Shown: positions 57,778 through 64,000 of the stretch, piece by piece
How positions within the stretch are numbered: the stretch's first letter is position 1
Layout: each line of letters begins with the position of its first letter
NCBI GenBank assembly: GCA_963522765.1
Contig: CAUQZM010000001.1
Location: 18,329-82,328 of the forward strand
Direction of reading: 5' to 3'
Source: an uncultured Campylobacter sp.
Lineage (GTDB): Bacteria > Campylobacterota > Campylobacteria > Campylobacterales > Campylobacteraceae
DNA length: 64,000 nt
Notes under the pieces: model-generated
Told to the model about the DNA's origin: nothing
What the model saw: only the letters and a program-made list of their open reading frames with translations
The model's database searches: none
Program-made: the position numbers and the translations under genes

Positions 57778-58237
57778 TTTCGATCGCCTTATAGCGGTCC
57801 TTATCGCTAATGATTGAGCTCGTATCGTAGCTATTTTTGACTAGGCGGCTAACTTTAAAATCGTAATCGCCCACGCAATCCTTGCTGAAAATCTCGCCGT
57901 TTTTAAGCTTGGTGCTGAAATTTACGATGAGATTTGCGCGGTAGCTAGTGACGTAGCCGAACTGATCGTATGAAAGCTCGCTAAAGCTTAGGCTTTTTAT
58001 GCTCGCTACTACAATCGTCTGCGCCGAGTTTTTATCCGAAAGGCTCATCCCTAGGCGCTGGACTATACCCTGTCTGATCGCATCTTTGATAGCGACGGTG
58101 TTTTGTGGATCGGTCTTACTCATCATCACATCCACAAATACGCTTCCGCTCATCGTCTCTTTTGCAATCCTTGAAACGGGCTTATAGCCGCAGCCGATTA
58201 AAAAAATCAAACAAAAAACGGTTAAAACTCTTCTCAT
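57698..58237 (-). CDS. lptE: LPS-assembly lipoprotein LptE
   Basis: Lipobox LIGCGYKP. 179 aa. Conserved position immediately downstream of leuS. Confidence 0.7.
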   Translation of the reverse strand: MRRVLTVFCLIFLIGCGYKPVSRIAKETMSGSVFVDVMMSKTDPQNTVAIKDAIRQGIVQRLGMSLSDKNSAQTIVVASIKSLSFSELSYDQFGYVTSYRANLIVNFSTKLKNGEIFSKDCVGDYDFKVSRLVKNSYDTSSIISDKDRYKAIENASAQAFDEFISALAIRGFRLGRAQH

Positions 58238-58243
58238 CTTCGC

Positions 58244-60691
58244 CTACTTTATCACCAAATTTACGAGCTTGTTTTTGACATAAATTTCTTTTACGACGCT
58301 CTTGCCCTCTAGCCATTTGGCGCAGTTCTGCTTCGCAAGGCTTAAAATTTCGCCCTCGCTTAAGCTCGCGGGCGCTTCGAACTCGGCGCGTTTTTTGCCG
58401 TTAATCGTGACGGCAAGTTTAATAGTATCGCTTTCAAAGACCTCTTCGCAAACTCTCAGCTCGCAAAAATTCGCCCGTCCAAACAGCCTCTCGCTAAGCT
58501 CGGCACAGATGTGCGGCACTATAGGCTCTAGCAAATTTAAGATCACGAAATAGCCCTCGGTAAATACGTCTTTGTCGCTCTGCGCGTTTAGGGCGTTTAG
58601 CGCCTCCATACACGCGGCTATTAGGGTATTGAAAGCAAAGCTGCTCTCATAAACCTGCTGTGATTTCTTAAGCGCCTCATAAACTTTAAGGCGGGCGTAT
58701 TTTTCCTCTTTATTTAAAGCTGCGTGATCGATCTGCGGAATTTTATCCGTAGCGTAGGCATTTTCGGCGCGATCGTAGAGGCGACCAAGAAATTTATACG
58801 CGCCCTCTACCGCGCTGTCGTTCCACTCAAGCTCCTTTTGCGGCGGTGCTGCAAAAAGTATAAAAAGTCTCGCCGTATCGGCGCCATAGGTCTCGATAAT
58901 GTCGTCCGGATCGACGGTATTGCCCTTGCTTTTACTCATCTTTGCGCCGTCTTTTAGCACCATACCCTGGGTTAGCAGCCGCTCAAACGGCTCGCTATCG
59001 CGCAGATAGCCTATGTCGCGAAGAGCCTTTTGGAAAAATCTCGCATATAAAAGGTGCAGGATCGCGTGCTCGATGCCGCCGATATACTGATCGACGTTCA
59101 TCCAGTAGTTCACGCTTTGCTCGTCAAACGCCAGCTGCTGCCACGTCCGCTCGTCGCTTGCGTAGCGCGCGAAATACCACGAGCTTTCAAAAAATGTATC
59201 GAGCGTATCGGTCTCGCGCACCCCGTCGCCGCCGCATTTAGGGCATTTGCAAAACTTCCAGCTAGGATGCGCGTCGAGCGGATTGCCCTTGCCGGTGATC
59301 TTAATATCCTGCGGAAGCTCTACGGGCAGATTTGAAATTTCCTCGCTTACCAGCCCGCATTTTGGACAGTGGATCATCGGGATCGGCGCGCCCCAGTAGC
59401 GCTGGCGGCTCACTCCCCAATCGCGCAGTTTAAAATTTACCACGCGGCGTCCGAGCCCTAGCTCCTCAAATTTTGAGATAACGGCGCTTTTTGCTTTTTC
59501 GCTATCCATGCCGCTAAATTCCGCGGAATTTACCAAAACTCCGCTCTCTACGTAGGCTTTGCTAGCGTCGTAATCGCCGCTTTTTGGAGCGATGCTTTGA
59601 ATGATCGGCAGGTTAAATTTCTTTGCAAACTCAAAGTCTCTTTCATCGTGCGCAGGCACAGCCATAACTGCGCCACCTCCGTATTCTGCCAGGACAAAAT
59701 TTGCGGTCCAAACGGGGATCTTTTTGCCGCTTAGCGGATGAAGCACGCTGATTCCGAGGCTCACGCCATCTTTATCACTTGCTTGGCGCTCTCGTGGGCT
59801 TTGATTTAAAATTTCTCTCACCTTCGCCGCAGCTTCGGCATCAAGTAAATTATTATCCAAAAGTCTCTTTACGACCTCGTGCTCCGGCGCAAGTGCCGCG
59901 TAGCTCATGCCGTAAATCGTATCGGGGCGCGTCGTAAAGACCTTAAAGCCCTCGATGCCGCCAAGTTTGGCGCTGCTTTGCTCGTCAAATTTAAAGCTAA
60001 ATTCCAAACCTTCGCTGCGCCCGATCCAGTTTTCCTGCATCGTAAGCACCTGAGCGGGCCACTTGCCTTCAAGCTGTTTTAGGCAGTCCAAAAGTTCCTG
60101 CGCGTAAGCGGTGATTTTTAGATAATATCCCGGCATCTGCTTTTGCACGACCTCGTTGCCGCAGCGCCAACACCTGCCCTCCTCGACCTGCTCGTTGGCA
60201 AGCACCGTCTGATCGTACTCGCACCAATTTACCACGGCGCTTTTTCTATAAATGAGCCCTTTTTCAAAAAGCTTGATGAAAAATTCCTGCTCCCAGCGCG
60301 TATAAAGCGGATCGGAGGTAGCAAGCATACGACGAGCCGAAAAGCTAAAGCCCAGGCGGTGCAGCTCGTTTTTCATATAATCGATATTTTCGTAAGTCCA
60401 AGTTTTAGGGTGAATGCCGTGTTTGATCGCCGCATTTTCCGCAGGCATACCGAAGCTGTCAAAGCCGATCGGCTGAAGCACGTTGTATCCGCGTAGTCTA
60501 TAATATCGACTCAGCGCGTCGCCGATGCTGTAGTTCCGCACGTGCCCCATGTGGATGCGACCGCTTGGGTAGGGAAACATCGAAAGGATATATTTTTTAG
60601 GCAGGCTATAATCATCCTTAGGCTCGAAAACTCCCTCTTCATCCCAAATTTTCTGCCATTTAAGCTCAATACTTTTACTATCGTAAGGCAT
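58244..60691 (-). CDS. leuS: Leucyl-tRNA synthetase
   Basis: [15 protein letters not shown] (HIGH motif) and [10 protein letters not shown] (KMSKS motif). 815 aa. Confidence 0.93.
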   Translation of the reverse strand: MPYDSKSIELKWQKIWDEEGVFEPKDDYSLPKKYILSMFPYPSGRIHMGHVRNYSIGDALSRYYRLRGYNVLQPIGFDSFGMPAENAAIKHGIHPKTWTYENIDYMKNELHRLGFSFSARRMLATSDPLYTRWEQEFFIKLFEKGLIYRKSAVVNWCEYDQTVLANEQVEEGRCWRCGNEVVQKQMPGYYLKITAYAQELLDCLKQLEGKWPAQVLTMQENWIGRSEGLEFSFKFDEQSSAKLGGIEGFKVFTTRPDTIYGMSYAALAPEHEVVKRLLDNNLLDAEAAAKVREILNQSPRERQASDKDGVSLGISVLHPLSGKKIPVWTANFVLAEYGGGAVMAVPAHDERDFEFAKKFNLPIIQSIAPKSGDYDASKAYVESGVLVNSAEFSGMDSEKAKSAVISKFEELGLGRRVVNFKLRDWGVSRQRYWGAPIPMIHCPKCGLVSEEISNLPVELPQDIKITGKGNPLDAHPSWKFCKCPKCGGDGVRETDTLDTFFESSWYFARYASDERTWQQLAFDEQSVNYWMNVDQYIGGIEHAILHLLYARFFQKALRDIGYLRDSEPFERLLTQGMVLKDGAKMSKSKGNTVDPDDIIETYGADTARLFILFAAPPQKELEWNDSAVEGAYKFLGRLYDRAENAYATDKIPQIDHAALNKEEKYARLKVYEALKKSQQVYESSFAFNTLIAACMEALNALNAQSDKDVFTEGYFVILNLLEPIVPHICAELSERLFGRANFCELRVCEEVFESDTIKLAVTINGKKRAEFEAPASLSEGEILSLAKQNCAKWLEGKSVVKEIYVKNKLVNLVIK

Positions 60692-60700
60692 TTTGCGCTC

Positions 60701-61042
60701 CTAGAATTCGTCTTTAGTTTTTGCCGACTCAATCGCTATTAAAATTAGCGAGAAAAAGTTTGCAAGTAGCGCGCCGATCGCAAGCGAGGTCACGATCGAC
60801 AAATCTCCCGGCGCTACTACAATCAAAACGAACGCCGGTATGAGATGCAGATCCGCTACGAGCGAGCTTGCAAAAAGCTCGGCTGCTAGCATATTTCGCA
60901 CGCCTACCTTCAAAAGCGTCGAGACTGCATTCACGCTGGTTGCTATGAAAAGTAAAATTTCATTCTTCTCATACAAAAACCCGCCTATCGTAGTCATACT
61001 CATCAGCGCAAAAAATATGTAAATTACCCTTCCCCAGTTCAT
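60701..61042 (-). CDS. Small integral membrane protein (113 aa)
   Basis: Four hydrophobic spans. Sits between secF and leuS on the same strand with 9-10-nt spacers. Confidence 0.55.
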   Translation of the reverse strand: MNWGRVIYIFFALMSMTTIGGFLYEKNEILLFIATSVNAVSTLLKVGVRNMLAAELFASSLVADLHLIPAFVLIVVAPGDLSIVTSLAIGALLANFFSLILIAIESAKTKDEF

Positions 61043-61051
61043 CTTCTATCC

Positions 61052-62020
61052 TTACACCGTGCCTTTTTCATACATGGCGCGATTCTTTTCTTTCTCTTTG
61101 ATACGACGCTGTTTTTCGGCTAAAAACGCGCGGTATTTCTCGACGTTAAATTTAAACAAAATCAGCATCGGAGCAGCTACGAATACAGAGCTGAAAGTTC
61201 CTGCTATGACGCCTATTAGCATCACGAAGCTAAAGCCGTGGATCATCTCTCCGCCCCAGACGAATAAAATCACGATGACGATGAGAGTAGTAAGCGAAGT
61301 AAGCAGCGTGCGCGATAGCGTGTGCGAAATCGATTCGTTGATCACTTCGTTAAGCTTGACGGATTTGCTTTCCTTCACGCCCTCGCGAATTCTATCGAAA
61401 ACAACGATGGTGTCGTTAAGTGAGTAGCCCATTATAGTTAGCAGTGCAGCTAGAATTTCAAGGTTGAAATCCACGCCGGCTAAAATCATCGCACCTACAG
61501 CAACTACGACGTCGTGCAGATCCGATAGTACGGCTGCAATCGCAAATCTCCACTCAAACCGCAGGGTGATATAAACCAAAATGAGCGCAAACGACACACA
61601 TACCGCTAAAATTCCGTTTGTGCGAAGCTCCTCGCCGACTTTAGGACCTACAATATCGACCTTGCGAATGTCGAAGTTTCCGCTGCCTTGTAAAATTTTT
61701 TGCGCCGCTAAAGCGGGATTATCGCCCAGTTCGCTCGCAGCGCCTGAATATCTAATCGTGACTTCTTGATCGCTACCGAATTCCGTAACGTTGATATTGC
61801 CTAAATTTGCCGCTTCGAAGCGCTTTCTGATCTCATCAAGCGGTGCTTTGGCGTCGTATTTAACCTGAATGAGCGTACCGCCGCTAAAATCGATGCCGTA
61901 ATTAATGCCCTTAATGAAAAACAGCGCAATAGAGCCTATTATCAAAACAGCAGAAAGCGCAAAGGTAAAATATCTAAATTTCATAAAATCATAAATTTTG
62001 CCCTTATCGAACACTTGCAT
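61052..62020 (-). CDS. secF: Protein translocase subunit SecF
   Basis: GIDFSGGT, a six-TM architecture, and overlap with secD. Confidence 0.9.
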   Translation of the reverse strand: MQVFDKGKIYDFMKFRYFTFALSAVLIIGSIALFFIKGINYGIDFSGGTLIQVKYDAKAPLDEIRKRFEAANLGNINVTEFGSDQEVTIRYSGAASELGDNPALAAQKILQGSGNFDIRKVDIVGPKVGEELRTNGILAVCVSFALILVYITLRFEWRFAIAAVLSDLHDVVVAVGAMILAGVDFNLEILAALLTIMGYSLNDTIVVFDRIREGVKESKSVKLNEVINESISHTLSRTLLTSLTTLIVIVILFVWGGEMIHGFSFVMLIGVIAGTFSSVFVAAPMLILFKFNVEKYRAFLAEKQRRIKEKEKNRAMYEKGTV

Positions 62021-63608
62021 TTGCGCCTCCTCTTACTTTATAACCGAGCCAAAGCGCGGTATTTTTGCTCTTTTCCATCTTATCCATTACTAACTCAAAC
62101 ATTCCGTGAGTGCCTAAAATAGCCGTTATCATCGACGCTACGATACCGATGCTCATCGTGACGGCAAAGCCCTTCACTGGACCCGTGCCGTAAGCATAAA
62201 GCGCAGCAGAAGTAATTAACGTAGTGATATTTGAATCCACGATCGCGCTCATCGCATTTTCATAGCCTTTATTTATGCTTTGGCGGATTGAAACTCCCGT
62301 CCTTAGCACCTCTCTAACGCGCTCGTTAATGATGACATTCGCATCTACCGCCATTCCGATAGTTAGTACGATTCCAGCCATTCCAGGAAGCGTTAACGTT
62401 GCACCAAAAAGCGCCATACAAGCGATCAGAAATAAAATATTGACTACAAGCGCGATATCGGCAAAAAGCCCCGCTACGCCATAGTATAAAATCATAAAGA
62501 TCAAAATCGCAACCGCCGCAAGACTAAGCGCCGCCATACTTTTATCGATGCTGTCTTGTCCTAGGCTAGGGCCGATGCTGCGCGTTTCGGATACTTTAAC
62601 CGGAGCTAAAAGCGCACCGCTTCTAAGCGCGATCGCTACGTCGTGCGCCTCCTCGACGCTAAATCCGCCGCTGATCTGACCGCTGCCGCCGCCGATGCGC
62701 TCGTTAATGCGCGGTGCGGAGTAAACCTTGCCATCAAGTACGATCGCAAGGCGCTTACCGACGTTTTTGCCGGTAAAATCGCCGAAAATTTGAGCGCCTT
62801 GAGAGTTAAGCGTAAAATTTATGATCGGCTGGTTGGTGTGCTGATCGAAAGCGACCTTCGCATCGACTAGCATCGCGCCATCAAGCACCGGAATTTCGTT
62901 TATGAGATACTTGTAATTCGGATTTTTAACGTCGGGATAGATCACGTCGCCGTAAGCTCTGGCATCCGCTGCACTGATAGTCTGCGCGCGGTCTTGGCGT
63001 ACGTCGTCCACCGCCATAAGCTGCAAGTGAGCCGCTTTGGCGATCAGATCCTTGGCGCGCTGCTCATCCGCTGCACTTTTGACGCCCGGAAGCTCCACCA
63101 AAATATAACTCTCGCCCTGCTTTGCTACCGTCGGCTCCGCAAGTCCGAATTGATCCAAGCGGTTTCGGATAGTTTCTACGGCCTGTTCGATCGCGTACTT
63201 TTTAGTCGCTTCGACCTCCTCCGGCGTTAGCGTGACGCGGTATTTTTCGCCCGATTTTTGAATATCCAATCCGCTTGCGGCGCTATGCAAAATCGCATCA
63301 AATTTAGAAGCCTCGTCCGCGTCTAAAATTTCAAACTCAAACGAATCGCCTTCTAATTTTAGCCCGTCCATTAGTAGATCATCGCGCTTAGCGGCGTAAT
63401 TGACACTAGCGGCGATCGATTTAATCTTCGAAACGACCGCTTCGTCGCTTTGAACTTCCAAAAGCATATGCAAACCGCCTTGCAGATCCAAACCCAAGTT
63501 TATCTTGCTTCCCTTTTCGGTCTGAAAGATCGAAGGCGCGGCAAAAATCGCCGAAAAAATAACCGCAGCCAAAAAGATCAGCAGGCGGTATGAAATTTTA
63601 CTGCTCAT
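62004..63608 (-). CDS. secD: Protein translocase subunit SecD
   Basis: LGLDLQGG, a periplasmic P1 domain, and a C-terminal TM bundle (TLPGMAGIVLTIGMAVDANV). Confidence 0.9.
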   Translation of the reverse strand: MSSKISYRLLIFLAAVIFSAIFAAPSIFQTEKGSKINLGLDLQGGLHMLLEVQSDEAVVSKIKSIAASVNYAAKRDDLLMDGLKLEGDSFEFEILDADEASKFDAILHSAASGLDIQKSGEKYRVTLTPEEVEATKKYAIEQAVETIRNRLDQFGLAEPTVAKQGESYILVELPGVKSAADEQRAKDLIAKAAHLQLMAVDDVRQDRAQTISAADARAYGDVIYPDVKNPNYKYLINEIPVLDGAMLVDAKVAFDQHTNQPIINFTLNSQGAQIFGDFTGKNVGKRLAIVLDGKVYSAPRINERIGGGSGQISGGFSVEEAHDVAIALRSGALLAPVKVSETRSIGPSLGQDSIDKSMAALSLAAVAILIFMILYYGVAGLFADIALVVNILFLIACMALFGATLTLPGMAGIVLTIGMAVDANVIINERVREVLRTGVSIRQSINKGYENAMSAIVDSNITTLITSAALYAYGTGPVKGFAVTMSIGIVASMITAILGTHGMFELVMDKMEKSKNTALWLGYKVRGGANASVR

Positions 63609-63870
63609 CTAATTTTCTTGCCACAAATTGTTTATCCAGCTCAACCATGACCTCATCGTTAAGCTTAACTGTGATAAAATCATTGTTTGTTTTCACGACC
63701 GTGCATTTTATGCCACCGCTAGTTATGATCTTATCGCCTTTGCCGAGCGCATCGACCATCGCCTTATGATCCTTGGCCTGCTTTTGCTGCGGTCTGATAA
63801 TCAAAAAATACATAATCGCAAAGATTACGACGATAGGCAGGATTGATGCAAAGAAGTTTCCTTGTTCCAT
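63598..63870 (-). CDS. yajC: Preprotein translocase subunit YajC
   Basis: 90 aa with one TM helix followed by IIRPQQKQAKDHKAMV...GDKIITSGG. Confidence 0.85.
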   Translation of the reverse strand: MEQGNFFASILPIVVIFAIMYFLIIRPQQKQAKDHKAMVDALGKGDKIITSGGIKCTVVKTNNDFITVKLNDEVMVELDKQFVARKLDEQ

Positions 63871-64000
63871 GTGTTTCCTTCATTAGAAATTTAAAAAGTA
63901 GCTATTTTACATTAAGTTACATAAATAAAGGCTTTGTTATTGCCCTTGCGCTTTCAAATTTTATTTTCGTAGAAATTTTAAGCTCTAAATTTGACGGCTT

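Overview
This 64 kb window looks like a Campylobacter-type (Campylobacterota) chromosome. That assignment is an inference from the yajC-secD-secF-leuS-lptE-folC gene order, the protein signatures and the base composition; no database search was possible.

Four layers are visible:

1. A GC-richer core of housekeeping genes: queC, ybeY, priA, psd, mscL, gltX, slt-like, mobB, fbp, dapE, ogt, mfd, folC, lptE, leuS, secDF and yajC.

2. A roughly 22 kb, mostly low-GC polysaccharide operon (28466..50314, minus strand) of the Wzx/Wzy/Wzz type. Its 17 genes are tightly overlapping. It lies about 0.4 kb from a tRNA-Lys(CTT) and appears to encode a ManNAcA-derived amino- or amido-uronic acid pathway plus GDP-mannose supply.

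3. Two small low-GC islets (1..540 and 2703..5400). They hold tandem paralogs of uncharacterised small, secreted or membrane-anchored proteins, including a frameshifted copy and an orphan 3' gene remnant.

4. The most unusual signal is a short degenerate repeat family with an RAATTY-type core (GAAATTT, GAATTTT, GAATTC) and GC-rich spacers. It fills abnormally long intergenic gaps. It also sits in frame inside queC, ybeY, priA (twice), folC and a 654-aa protein, adding about 70-400 residues of low-complexity sequence. The same DNA core is read in different codon phases in different genes, which points to a DNA-level constraint rather than a protein-level one.

No CRISPR array, rRNA, integrase or transposase was seen. 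All product calls rest on motifs read directly from the translations. GC statements and repeat counts are by eye.
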